64,000 nucleotides of DNA from Octopus sinensis (Eukaryota). Each line of letters opens with the position of its first letter. Within the stretch, counting starts at the first letter, position 1. A program made the translations under genes and the position numbers. Below the pieces are notes generated by a model. It did not search any database. It was not told the DNA's origin and worked only from the letters and a program-made list of their open reading frames with translations. The stretch covers positions 1,550,001-1,614,000 of the forward strand of contig NC_043011.1 in the NCBI RefSeq assembly GCF_006345805.1, read 5' to 3'. Below are positions 10,554 through 21,919 of the stretch, piece after piece.

Positions 10554-12884
10554 TATATTTTCTTAATTTTCGGCAATCACACTGATACTATCCACAATAT
10601 TGCAGTGGAGAAAACCCTACTCTCCGATCATGACATGGTTCTCTGTGATCTGAGATTTCACTGGCCAAAATGCAAAACAAATGTCATCCCTCCTGTTCAT
10701 CCATTTGACACTATGGATTTCCACAATGCAAACTGGGAAGCGATCAATAATGATCTTGCACAAATTGATTGGTCCTTCACGCACACATACACACCCACTA
10801 ACATCAAAAAGTCCTGGCAGTCATTTGTAGACACCATTACGAACATATGTGCAAAACACACCCCATTAAGATCTGCAAACAAACCTAAGTGTCGAATCCC
10901 TAGAAATAGAAAATCCCTCATCAGGAAAATTAAAAGAATAAACCAAAAAATCAACAAGCTGAAATACTGTCAACAGCAACACACCAACCTGACTGCCATT
11001 TCGTCGCTAGAGATTAAAAAACATAAACTCCAAAACAACATGATGTCTATCATCAATAGTCAGCGAAGAGCTGAAGAGGCCTGGGCCATTGAGAAGATCA
11101 AACTCAATCCCAAAGTGTTCTTTTCATTTGCAAAAAAACACAGAGTCACTGGTTCTACTGTTGGCCCTCTGATTGATGAAAATGGTACTCTTCAAGACAA
11201 TGCTAAAACCATGGGAGAGATATTGCAGAAACAATATTGCTCTGTTTTCAGCAATCCTGATATGACTGATCTGGACTGTATCAGTGATGTTACTCCCCAA
11301 TACACTTTATCGGACATAACCTTTGGCGCTCCTGATGTCTTAGCAGCAATAAAGGAAATGAAGCATAATTCAGCAGTAGGTCCCGATAGGTTCCCTGCTT
11401 GTGTCTTGAAGATGTGTCAAAACCAACTTGCACCCCCTCTAGCCAATCTGTGGCGGAACTCACTGGATGCTGGATATATACCAGAAGACCTTCTATCCCA
11501 GTCTGTTGTCCCAGTTTTCAAAAAAGGAAACAAATCGCTTGCCGTGAATTACCGTCCAATCTCACTCACCTCTCATATCATTAAGGTATTTGAGAGAGTG
11601 CTGAGATCGCATATGCTGAACTCCAACCAGCATGGATTCCGTAATGGGAGAGATTGCCTGACGCAGCTACTGCATCATTTTGATGACATTTTGAGAGCCT
11701 TGGGAGAGGGTTCCAACACTGATGTCATCTACCTTGATTTCAGCAAGGCCTTTGACAGGGTTGATCATAAGATCCTTCTGAGAAAGCTGTCCAATATTGG
11801 TGTCACTGGAAAGCTGCTGCAGTGGATCAAGTGCTTCCTGTCTAACAGAACCCAACATGTTGTAGTCGAAGGAGTCAAATCCAGCCCAGCCAAAGTCAGC
11901 AGTGGTGTCCCACAAGGCACTGTGTTGGGCCCACTTCTCTTCATCATGTACATAAATGATATTACTGACACCATCAAACACAGTAACATCAGAACCTTCG
12001 CTGATGATTCCAAGCTCCAGAAGGTCATCAATGGCGTGGATGACCGAATAAGCCTTCAGTCAGACCTACTGGCTGTTGTCCAATGGGCGGAAAAGAATAA
12101 CATGTTGCTAAATGAAGACAAATTCGAACTGATCCACTTTGGAAGGGAGGACGTTCTGAAACTCCCATACTCTCTTCCTTCTGGAGAAATTCTCATGGCA
12201 TCCAACAACATCAGAGACTTGGGAGTAACAGTGGACAACAACATAAGCTGGGCTACACATATAAGCAGCAAAGTTGACATGGCCCGCAGAATGTGTTCCT
12301 GGATTCTCAGAACCTTCCAGTCGAGAGATTCCCACACTATTATCCTTCTTTTCTCCACTTTTGCCCGACCCCACCTTGAATACTGCTGTCCACTGTGGTC
12401 TCCCTACACAAAACAAAATATTATGAGAATTGAAGCTCCCCAAAGGTCAATCACAAAAAAGATAGATGGCATGTCAGACCTTGACTACTGGGGTAGACTA
12501 GAGAAGCTGAAACTGTATTCACTCCAACGACGCCGTGAACGCTACATTATCTGTATGATGTGGAAAATATTCCATCAGCACTGTCCGAATGATGTTGGCA
12601 TCACCTTCAAAATACATCCAAGGCTTGGACCACGTGCCATCCGCCCACAACAAAAATCTAAATCGCATCACATAATGACAATACGACACAACTATTTCAT
12701 CTCAATTGAACCCGCTCTCTTCAACATTACACCAGGACACGTCAAAAAAGAAACTGACCACACAAAATTCAAGAAGTCTTTGGACAAATTCTTTCAAACA
12801 GTCTCGGACAAACCACCCACACCCGGATATGTCTCCGCAAACAATAACTCTCTGCTCGAATGGGCCTTGGTGCCCAAATCCTGA
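10554..12884 (+). CDS. LINE ORF2 fragment: APE C-terminal SDH motif plus reverse transcriptase
   Basis: LLSDH, YRPISLTS, QHGFR, YLDFSKAFDRVDH, SGVPQGTVLGPLLF, FADD, RPHLEY; the upstream part of the computed ORF is microsatellite read-through. Confidence 0.9.
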   Translation, partial: YIFLIFGNHTDTIHNIAVEKTLLSDHDMVLCDLRFHWPKCKTNVIPPVHPFDTMDFHNANWEAINNDLAQIDWSFTHTYTPTNIKKSWQSFVDTITNICAKHTPLRSANKPKCRIPRNRKSLIRKIKRINQKINKLKYCQQQHTNLTAISSLEIKKHKLQNNMMSIINSQRRAEEAWAIEKIKLNPKVFFSFAKKHRVTGSTVGPLIDENGTLQDNAKTMGEILQKQYCSVFSNPDMTDLDCISDVTPQYTLSDITFGAPDVLAAIKEMKHNSAVGPDRFPACVLKMCQNQLAPPLANLWRNSLDAGYIPEDLLSQSVVPVFKKGNKSLAVNYRPISLTSHIIKVFERVLRSHMLNSNQHGFRNGRDCLTQLLHHFDDILRALGEGSNTDVIYLDFSKAFDRVDHKILLRKLSNIGVTGKLLQWIKCFLSNRTQHVVVEGVKSSPAKVSSGVPQGTVLGPLLFIMYINDITDTIKHSNIRTFADDSKLQKVINGVDDRISLQSDLLAVVQWAEKNNMLLNEDKFELIHFGREDVLKLPYSLPSGEILMASNNIRDLGVTVDNNISWATHISSKVDMARRMCSWILRTFQSRDSHTIILLFSTFARPHLEYCCPLWSPYTKQNIMRIEAPQRSITKKIDGMSDLDYWGRLEKLKLYSLQRRRERYIICMMWKIFHQHCPNDVGITFKIHPRLGPRAIRPQQKSKSHHIMTIRHNYFISIEPALFNITPGHVKKETDHTKFKKSLDKFFQTVSDKPPTPGYVSANNNSLLEWALVPKS

Positions 12885-12970
12885 ATTGAAAGACTTCGCC
12901 AGGTGGTGCTATTAAGTTAGACATGGCTTGGGCCAATACTGGCCAAAACCTTTCTAAGTTATTCTAAGTT
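10555..12970 (+). mobile_element. Young 5'-truncated CR1-group LINE
   Basis: (TTCTAAGTT)2 tail; TSD-like atatataaatctctct on both sides; uninterrupted RT ORF. Confidence 0.9.
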
Positions 12971-12984
12971 ATATATATATATAA

Positions 12985-13029
<45 letters not shown>

Positions 13030-13132
13030 CACCTATACATCTACACATATATATCTATAAAATACATCTCTATATTTACTTATATATACATACACATATA
13101 TATACACATATATACATGCATATATATATATA

Positions 13133-13170
<38 letters not shown>

Positions 13171-14129
13171 CACACATACACGTGTACACATATACATTTA
13201 ACATGCTGCATAAAGTTACAATTTGAAGAAGCTACCACTTGCAAAACTTCAGTCACACTCAACAAATGGTAGTAAATATTGAAATGTACACATGTATTGA
13301 GTCCTTAATTCACTCAATGTTCACCGTTTTCATGTTTTTAAAAAAACTCCTATATTTAACTCCTATATGCTTACACATATATTTATCATGACTACGTATT
13401 GATATTTATCATGCTCATACATTATTACATTTGTGTATATATTTATCACACTTTGCACGTTTATTTATCACACTTGCACATTTATTTATTATACTAGCAT
13501 CTTTATTTACTAGTTACTCTGTTGTTTTACATAAAATTCTGTAAAATATTAATCTTCATTAAAAAGCATTCTTTGAAACTAATGCAAATAACTTTAAATT
13601 TTAACCTGAAGTAAATGGTGTTAAACAGAGATAATGGAAAAGTCATAACAATGTATTAATCTAATAATCATGCATTTGTTCTCAACTGTCACTATAGTAA
13701 ATGAAGACCTGTTTATCTTCTATGTAGTTTAGTATGTACATATTGTTATCGTTTTAACTCTCAGTCATGTCATTATGTAGATGTGAAATGGCTAAGTGGA
13801 TATTTACATATCCACTTAAAAATTCACTGCAGTTATATCATTATTTCACTTGGCTTAAAACTTGCCTGCACTGAATCAATTCATTGAACTGTCATGAGCT
13901 AATGAGGAAGATGCTATATGGTCACAAGACCTAATAGAAAAAGCAAACAAATCTTCCTCAATTCACACCCCACCATCTTATTCAAGGCCAGAAAATATAA
14001 TAGAGTCCTGCAGGCTCCTAAAAAGGTGAGATAGCCATCGTCAGAATACTGAGATCCTTGGTTTGTTCAGTCATAGCTGATACTAAAAATCAAACTAATT
14101 ACCAATAATAGGTATTTGCAATGTAGACT

Positions 14130-14395
14130 TCAAAATAGATGAATGGCATTTTAGAGCCATACAAGCCATGTACAAGGATGTTGTGAGTAGGGTGAGTTGG
14201 CCATGAATGGAGTGATGAATTTTGTGTACAAGTAGGAGTTTACCAGCGTTTGGTTCTCAATCCTGCCCAATTCCTCATAGTCTGGCAGGCCATAACAGAA
14301 ATTTAAAATTGGCTGTCTGTGGTGGGAACTATTCTATGCTGATGACATTGTTGTTATAACAGAATCCAAACAGAATTGGAAAAGAACTAAATCTA
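14130..14395 (+). mobile_element. Degenerate RTE RT fragment
   Basis: IDEWHFRAIQAMYKD, VGVYQ, QAITE, ELFYADDIV. Confidence 0.75.
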
Positions 14396-14479
14396 ATCAT
14401 GCACTAAGCTCTCTCCCCCCACTGCTCCCTAAGGCCATTTTGTCCTATCAGAGTCATAGCTATGTCATAAGAAGCCATA

Positions 14480-14570
14480 GATGCAGTTGTGGCTGTGTGG
14501 TAAGAAGCTTGCTTCTCAATGACATGGTTCTGGGCTCAGTCCCAATGTGTGGCACCTTAGACATGTTTTC
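14480..14570 (+). mobile_element. Family-1 SINE head fragment
   Basis: GTGGCTGTGTGGTAAGAAGCTTGCTT... Confidence 0.7.
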
Positions 14571-14614
14571 AGCCTAATGACTGAAGCAAATAATAGATAA
14601 AATATGTAAGAATG

Positions 14615-14860
14615 GCATGTAACTAAGCATTGTACTCTTCTTATTTTCATTAAAAACAAGTGTTTCTGATTCAATATTCACTATGCCATATCAAAGCAGA
14701 ATAAAGGAAGCTCAGACCTACAAATTTGGGATGTATTACAGTTTAGCCTACGGCTTGAGAGAATCTAGCTTCCAAATCAAAGCCCTCACCATAGAGATTG
14801 GAACAATGAGGTTTATGGACAAATTTTCTTGTAGTCTCATGAAATGACTCTCAATTTCTA
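14615..14860 (+). mobile_element. Degenerate RLE domain (Hero/NeSL-like LINE)
   Basis: IVLF...KQVFLI / TMPYQSRIKEAQTYK...IEIGTMRF resembles PDIVL...IELTVPWE...EEAHERK...IEVGxRGF. Confidence 0.5.
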
Positions 14861-14912
14861 GGAAGAAGAAAACCAAATCCTTAAATACAATGGCTTAAAC
14901 AGGATCTGGTAT

Positions 14913-15140
14913 ATATTTCTTTACTGTCCACAAGGACAGTAAACAAGGAGGGGACAAACAAGGACAGACGAAGGGATTGAGTCAATTATATCGCCCCCAG
15001 TGCAAAACTGTTACTTTATTTATCGACCCCGAAAGGATGAAAGGCAAAGTTGACCTCGGTGGAATTTGAACTCAGAACGTAACGACAGACGAAATACCGC
15101 TAACCATTTCGCCCAGTGCGCTAACGTGTCTGCCAGCTCG
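14913..15140 (-). mobile_element. SINE family 2 (Deu/Nin-domain-like)
   Basis: GTTCTGAGTTCAAATTCC B-box and CCTTTCATCCTTTCGGGGTCGATAAATAAAGTA core. Confidence 0.8.
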
Positions 15141-16024
15141 GGCTCAAGTGTTTCATAGTGAACTGGTTACACATCCAGGCAACTTAACTTTGGGGTACCT
15201 AACCACTCAGGAAGGTCCAGGTTCGAACTCAAAATGTGACACTTGAGCATTATCAAAGAGTCATGATTTGGATGTAACTTAGCCCACTTGGAGCTATAGA
15301 CCAAAACACTTGTATTAAAGGAGGAGCTTCTTTGAGGGCATTCTGCTTTCAGCTTTCCCTAGAGTTTCTTATAATTTGTTTCATCAAATTTAAAGTTACT
15401 TCCAAAATGATTTGGAGGAAGGCCATTTGAAAGATGACAACAAGTGTAGACTGCAAAATAGTGTTAGTTATAGAGGTGTTATACTGAGTGTGCTCTGGTT
15501 AAGGATGGTCAGCAGATAGAATGGTTTGAAATATGTCTAAGTTTGAGACAAGATACCACTCTCTCGAACACTGATCAACATTTTATCATGAGAAAACTTC
15601 AAAACAGTGTCAAAAATATCAATAAATCTGGCACTTACAGACCTCTTTAATAGTTATTAGACATGCTGATACCACAATCCTAATATGCACAACCTTTGAT
15701 AAATTTAGTCCAGTCAAACCCAAGACAAAGCAGTTGACTGCAAAAGAGGTGGATCTTGCTGATTTAGGAAGAGATAGGTTTAATTACCACTCTTAACAAC
15801 AGTGAGTAGAGGGTATGATTGGAATTTGTATCAGTGGTTCAGCTGACAGGAAACAGAAAGGTCCTAGAGAGAAGTACTGACTAAGTCAATTAGTCTCCTC
15901 ATATTGGAGGATGCTCTTTGAAGTGGATGCTGACACAAAACAACCTCTCAATCAGATGTCTTTTATCAGCCTTAGGTGATGTATGTATGTATGTATGTAT
16001 GTATGTATGTATGTATATATGTAA

Positions 16025-16387
16025 TGCATCGCTGTTACACTTCCAGATGGGAAGGGTCTTCCTATGATGCTGACATGCAGTATCTGTGCAAGACCCTGCC
16101 TCAGTAAAGCTGGACTCAAGAGTCATCTTCGTAGTCATAAAGCGAGACAAATGAATGACAACCTGGCCACTGGTGGTGGTGCAACACACCATACGAATCA
16201 TATCTGTCGGGCATGTGGAAGAGAGTGTAATTCGGCAGGAGGACTTAAACGACATGCAAAGGTACATGAAGCCCAGTTACAACTACAGCCGGTTATTACC
16301 AGTAAAGGTTTTAGTTGCCAATTCTGTACAAGACATTGTAGATCTTTAGCTGGGCTAAAAAGTCACATTCGATCACAGCACCAGTAA
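16025..16387 (+). CDS. Three tandem C2H2 zinc fingers, probably a LINE (RTE/RTEX-like) ORF2 C-terminus
   Basis: CSICARPCLSKAGLKSHLRSH, CRACGRECNSAGGLKRHAKVH, CQFCTRHCRSLAGLKSHIRSQH; no TGEKP linkers; followed by CTCGataaCGAG hairpin and ataataat tail. Confidence 0.65.
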   Translation, partial: CIAVTLPDGKGLPMMLTCSICARPCLSKAGLKSHLRSHKARQMNDNLATGGGATHHTNHICRACGRECNSAGGLKRHAKVHEAQLQLQPVITSKGFSCQFCTRHCRSLAGLKSHIRSQHQ

Positions 16388-16989
16388 CAGTTAAGCTTTG
16401 TGCAGTGGCCATACTCGATAACGAGGGGGCAGTCATAATAATGTATGTATGTGTGCTTGCATGCATGTATGTATTTATGTATGTATGCAAGCATGCATGC
16501 ATACATGTATTTATGTATGTATGTATGTGATGTATGTATATAAGTATGTCTACACTTGAGATAGCTAGGAATTGGTTCTGAGGCTTCATTTGAATTTAAC
16601 TGCTGATCTCTGGGTCTACTGCTCCAAACATTGAACTTGTAACAAGATGAGAGTTCAGGAACACTGGAGGGGTGTCTGGTCTTATCTTGTCATATACAAG
16701 TCTAAGAAAGGGAACCAAAAATCTGGCTGTCTTCAATAATAAATAGTAGTTTATTCTTCAGGTTCACAGGTAAAATATATACATATATATTTCTTAAGGG
16801 CGAACCAGCAGCCAAGTCCACAGGACTGTTTACAAATGTTCACTCGGGTGAGCCAAGAAGATACGGTGTTCGTTCCCGCTTCAAAGAGAGAGCTTCTCTA
16901 TGCGTAGGGTTTTCCCTGAGAGAAGTCTTAGCCACATCCGCTCGTTAGCACTGCTCTTTCAAAAAGGCCGATTTAGTGGTTATGCTTTC

Positions 16990-17085
16990 AGGTTGCAGTT
17001 CCTGCGCATGTGCACGAGGGAACTTCCGGCAGCCTACCGGAAGTAATCCAATTCTGCGCATGCGTGCTGAAACTTCCACAGTAGC
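16990..17085. promoter_or_regulatory. Housekeeping or bidirectional promoter-like island
   Basis: NRF1-like TGCGCATGTGCA (17003) and TGCGCATGCG (17055), ETS/GABP ACTTCCGG (17022) and ACCGGAAGT (17036), CCAAT (17048), local CpG enrichment. Confidence 0.65.
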
Positions 17086-17269
17086 GTCACTACAAACTGT
17101 ATTCTCAGCAGCATCTAATGCTCCTAGCTTCAATCTGAAGCTAGTCCAAGAAAAGACTTATATATCACCTTGTTTCAATGAGAGAGAAAGAGAGAGAAAG
17201 AAAGAAAGAAAGAGAAAATTAATATCAATGTTTTGTGAGTATCCACAATAATGAACTTTCATTTAAGGA

Positions 17270-17572
17270 AAACAGTATACAATATAAAGTATAAAAGCCA
17301 TCTCAATATGGCTAACCACAAAGTGTGTGTGGGGGTGTTACTGTAGCTATTTAGCCCCAGGAGATCATCGTCTCCAGCTGGCTTTAGACACACTTTCTGT
17401 GCCCTCAAAGTATTTGCAAAGGGAGGCCATCCCTTCTTCGTAAGCCTGTGTCAAAAGCCAGCGGGAGACAATGATCTCCTGGGGCTAAAAAGCTACAGTA
17501 CCCCCCGCTCCCAGTGTGGTTAGCCATATTGAGATAGCTTTTATACTTTACATTGTCGAGCGGTTACTGTTT
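17270..17572. mobile_element. Palindromic MITE-like fold-back element
   Basis: ~130-bp imperfect inverted arms (aaagtataaaagc...gccccaggagatc... / ...gatctcctggggc...gcttttatacttt). Confidence 0.75.
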
Positions 17573-18388
17573 ACATCTCGTTCGGAGATTTAATAAAGTA
17601 TACAATAACAAACGTAAAAATTAGTTTTGTTATAACCTTGGTAGGATATGTAACTTTGGTGGGAATATTGTCTTTAATGATATAAATCCCTCCACTGTGT
17701 CAGACTTGTGGAGAAATTATTCCTGTAAGCCTCAAGACATTATTGCTTTAAAACAAGTTTTGGTCAATGCTTTAATTTTTCAAACAAAATTTTATCTTTT
17801 ATTTGGAAAGCAGATTTATATTAAAAAGCCTGTACACTTTGTGCTTCCTGTGGATTTTCATCTAAGAATCAGTACTTTTATATCTTTAGTTGAGATGAAT
17901 AATTTAAATCTACAATTGTTACATGTTTGTGTATGTATGTATACATACACACACGTGCGTGCACGCACACACACACACTCACACAGTATCCATCAATTAT
18001 TTGCCATTCATAAAGTAGGAATAGGTTACTTCTCAACAGAAATCAAGATTTGAGCTTGAATCTTTGAAGAAGCAGGACTAAATTAGTTTCTTTACACAAA
18101 GGAATTTTGTAGAAATGTTGCTTCTTTTCTTATTTACTATCAAGTAGCACTTTCTAAGAATTAGATAGCAAATTAGAGAGTATCACAATACAATTTGTCT
18201 TTGATTGGAACCAATGGAATTATTGCCAAAGCAGTAACAAGAGGGAAACCTGTTTACCGATAAAAGCATGAGTTTATCATTGAAAGGCTAGAATAAATTT
18301 AACTAAACCATTTTCTTTATATGTGCCATTTCATGACCAAAGAAATGAGAATTACTCATCTTCTGAACATAATGTAATTTATTTTCAG

Positions 18389-18417
18389 TCTGCTTTTGTG
18401 AGAAGTTTATCTCCTAT
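18389..18417 (+). other. Candidate 29-nt exon downstream of the promoter
   Basis: taatttattttcAG acceptor and GTGAGT donor; possible upstream donor GTGAGT at 17235. Confidence 0.35.
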
Positions 18418-18861
18418 GTGAGTGCATATGTAGAATAGTTAAGGTGATGTTCAACAAGATTTTCAGATTGGCTAGCTTAAGTAGCGAAGTTCATATAGAT
18501 ATTATACCTATCTCTTCTATTTATACAAGTTGGAAAAATGAAATAATTGAAGTAAATGCAAATATGAAGACAACTAATTCCAATATTTTGTTTACTACTG
18601 TGCAAGGTTCTGAATTTGCAAGTACTTCTTTTTTTCTACTGAAGTAAAAGAAAATAGTAATGATTGCTTTTGATGCACAGGATATCTATATTTTTTTATT
18701 TTTTTAAAATTTTATCTAGTTTCAGCTCACGAGCTGTGGCCGTGCTGGGGCACCGTCATTACAATCTCCCCCCTATTAAATATTGGATTAATTTTTTTTG
18801 TTTATAAGTATCTTAAAGCAGTTACCACAACTGCTTGTGTAAAGTATTTCATTAGAATCTA

Positions 18862-19478
18862 TGTCCTCTGCTTGCGAAGACCTGTTGAGGCAAGTGAAAT
18901 CAAATCAATCAAAGCAAAATCAAAATCAAATTTGATGACTGGCGTCTGTGCTAGTGGGGTGCAAAGAGAACCATACGAGTGTGATCATTGACAGAGCGGC
19001 TAACCAGCTTCAGTGCCAGTGGCACTTAAAGGGCACCATTCAAGAGTGTTCGTTACCAGTGTCGCCTTACTGGCACTTGTGCCTGTGCTAGTAGGGTGCC
19101 AAGAGCACCATCCGAGCATGATCATTGCCAGAGCAGCCAACTGGCTTCCATGCCAGTGGCACGTAAAAGGGCACCATTTGAGCATGATCGTTACCAAAGT
19201 CGCCTTACTGGCACCTGTGCTGGGGGCATGTATAAAAGGATTCAAGCAAGGTCGTTGCTAGTACCACCTGACTGGCCTCCATGCCGGTGGCACATAAAAA
19301 GCACCCACTATGCTCTCGGAGTGGTTGGCATTAGGAAGGGCATCCAGCTGTAGAAACTCTGCCGAATCAAGATTGGAGTCTGGTGCAGCCATCTGGTTCA
19401 CCAGCCCTCAGTCAAAATCGTCCAACCCATGCTGGCATGGAAAACGGACGTTAAACGACGATGATGATGATGATGATG
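18862..19478 (+). mobile_element. RTE 3'-UTR family copy with internal tandem repeats
   Basis: Same terminal 170 bp and (GAT)n tail as 4406-4650. Confidence 0.8.
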
Positions 19479-19847
19479 TCCTCACTTGTATTATACATGG
19501 ACATAGATAAAATATCACTATTTCAATTAAGTACATCTGTAACTTTAACTAATTTGTGTATTTAACTACAGGCATAGTAATATCACTTCAACCTTTCAAC
19601 AAGCAATAGTAATAATAAAATGGTTTTTTTTCTTTGCTTTCTTCTTTATCAAAATGGGATCATAAAAGTGGGAGCAGCGATGGTGTTTGAAATGATCATG
19701 ATTGTCTCAGTAGGAGGCCAGTACAATAATATTATTTGTTCATAATGAAGTACATCTGGTAAACCAACCTTATACCTTTACAAAGGTATAAGTTAAATTT
19801 GGTAAAAGTAATAAAAACACTTCGCATTTTCACAGAAGAGATGCTGC

Positions 19848-20742
19848 TATTGAGTACAAATGTATCAGCCCAGGAATATCTAATAATCTTACTCTATGTT
19901 TTGGCTGAGTCTTTGGTTTAAAATTTAAAGCAGGTAGTGCAGGAACTTTTCTTTAATCTTTTGTTTTTATTTCTACTGCAATACTCTTGGGTATTTGCTG
20001 TAGTTGCTGTCTATAGTGTAATTCTAATACACTGCCATATTTCCAAAAGCACCGATATATAATCTTTTTCTTTAGTCTCTCTTGGATTAGATACAATTGC
20101 AAAGAGACTCAGTCAGATTTTATAAGGTTCTCCCATCATCATCATCATCATCATCATTTAACGTTCGCTTTCCATGCTAGCACGGGTTGGACGATTTGAC
20201 TGAGGTCTGGTGAACCAGACTCCAATCTGATCTGGCAGAGTTTCTATAGCTGGATGCCCTTCCTAACGCCAACCAGTTTGGTGGTACTGGCAACGGCCAC
20301 GCCCAAATGGTGCTTTTTACATGCCATCTGCACAGGAGCCAGTTCAGCATCACTGGCAATGACCTTGCTCGAATATTTCACATGCCACCAGCACAAGTGC
20401 TGGTAAGGTGACATGGTAACGATCACACTTGAATCGTTACCATCTATTCATTTATTTAAGAAACAGTAACAGCAATAACAATTAAAATATCTGAGAGAAA
20501 AATGATGCAAAAAGGCAGGACCTGTATAACTGGCTGAACAAAGAGACACGTGCCATCAATTTATAGCACATACACTATCAGTTTTGCTATATCTACCATA
20601 TGTAATCACAATGAAGCAAACAAAGAGTTCAATTTTGTAAAACCAAAGGCTTGTGTCATATTCTGAGTGCTACAACTAGAATAACAAGCACTTTTGAAAG
20701 GTCTGGTGTCCCTGTTTCTACAGAAGTGTGAAATGGTTCAAG
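19848..20742. repeat. Left arm of ~0.9-kb near-identical inverted duplication
   Basis: Reverse complement of 21920-22815. Confidence 0.9.
20134..20441 (-). mobile_element. RTE 3'-UTR family copy (in left arm)
   Basis: (CAT)n tail and family sequence. Confidence 0.8.
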
Positions 20743-21092
20743 ATAAATGAAGACTGCACAAAATTGAATTCACTGCTCAGATATGACAGCCTTCCTCCTG
20801 ATGGCCAATCATTCATTAGGACAATCACAATCTGAATGTTTCTCCTATTTAACACCAGAGTATTCTTATAATCAGGATTTGACAAGAATTAGCAACCAAT
20901 TACATACGTAGTAGTAGTAGTAGTAGTAGTAGTAGTTGTACACTATGCTCATTCTTCATCTCGGGTATTTCTGGGTCTCTGCATACACACACATTCACAT
21001 ATATGGACACTCTCTCACGTGCATGTGCATGCACATGTACATATAATAGCAATAGTATAAACAAATGAGAGAAAAAGTACACTACACTATAG

Positions 21093-21540
21093 TCATCATC
21101 ATCATCATCATCATCGTTTAGTGTCTACTTTCCATGCTAGCATGGGTTGGACGGTTCAACTGGGGTCTGGGAAGCCAGAAGGCTGCACCAGGCCCAGTAT
21201 GATCTGACAATGTTTCTATGGCTGGATGCCCTTCCTAATGCCAACCACTCCGTGAGTGTAGTGGGTGCTTTTTACATGCCACCAACACAGGTGCCAGACG
21301 AGGCTGGCCAACAGCCACGATCAGATGGTGCTTTTTATGTGCCACCGGAACGGAGGCCAGGTGAGGCTGGCAACGGCCACGATTGGATGGTGCTTTTTAC
21401 GTGCCACTGGCACGGAGGCTAGTTGGGGCAGTGCTGGCAACGGCCACGTTTGGATGGTTCTCTTACATGCCACCGGCACTGGTATCACAGTTACAATTTC
21501 CATTGATGTTGATCAATTTCGATTTTGATTTTGATTTTGA
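21093..21540 (-). mobile_element. RTE 3'-UTR family copy
   Basis: (CAT)n tail, GTGCTTTTTACGTGCCAC repeats. Confidence 0.8.
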
Positions 21541-21919
21541 TAGTAGGGCATAATATTTTATCAGTGAGTCCAGTAGCCTGTTACTCTGGAGTTGTTCTAG
21601 TATGCCTCTAGTCTCTCAGACTGGAAAAAAAAACAGATGATGAATGACTTCTTACCTTGAAGATCAATATGTTCAAAAGCATAAAATGCAAATCACTATC
21701 TGGCTGGAGAAAAGTGAAATGGTGAGGAAATGAGAGGAAGTAAGTAGTTAGGGTCTTTACATTACCAAGAACCATAACAAAATCAAACTCAAAAGACAAG
21801 TATTAAAAATCACAAAAACAGGCAGTGCTTGACACATGTATTTAATCTGTAGTAATGAGACTTAACTCATGTAATCTAAGTTCACTCAGCTGTAAGAGGG
21901 TACCACAATGTGGAATTAT

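Noticed and set aside
16930-16990. Minus-strand start MWLRLLSG... as a mitochondrial presequence
   Set aside because: Stops after 18 codons with no donor before the stop
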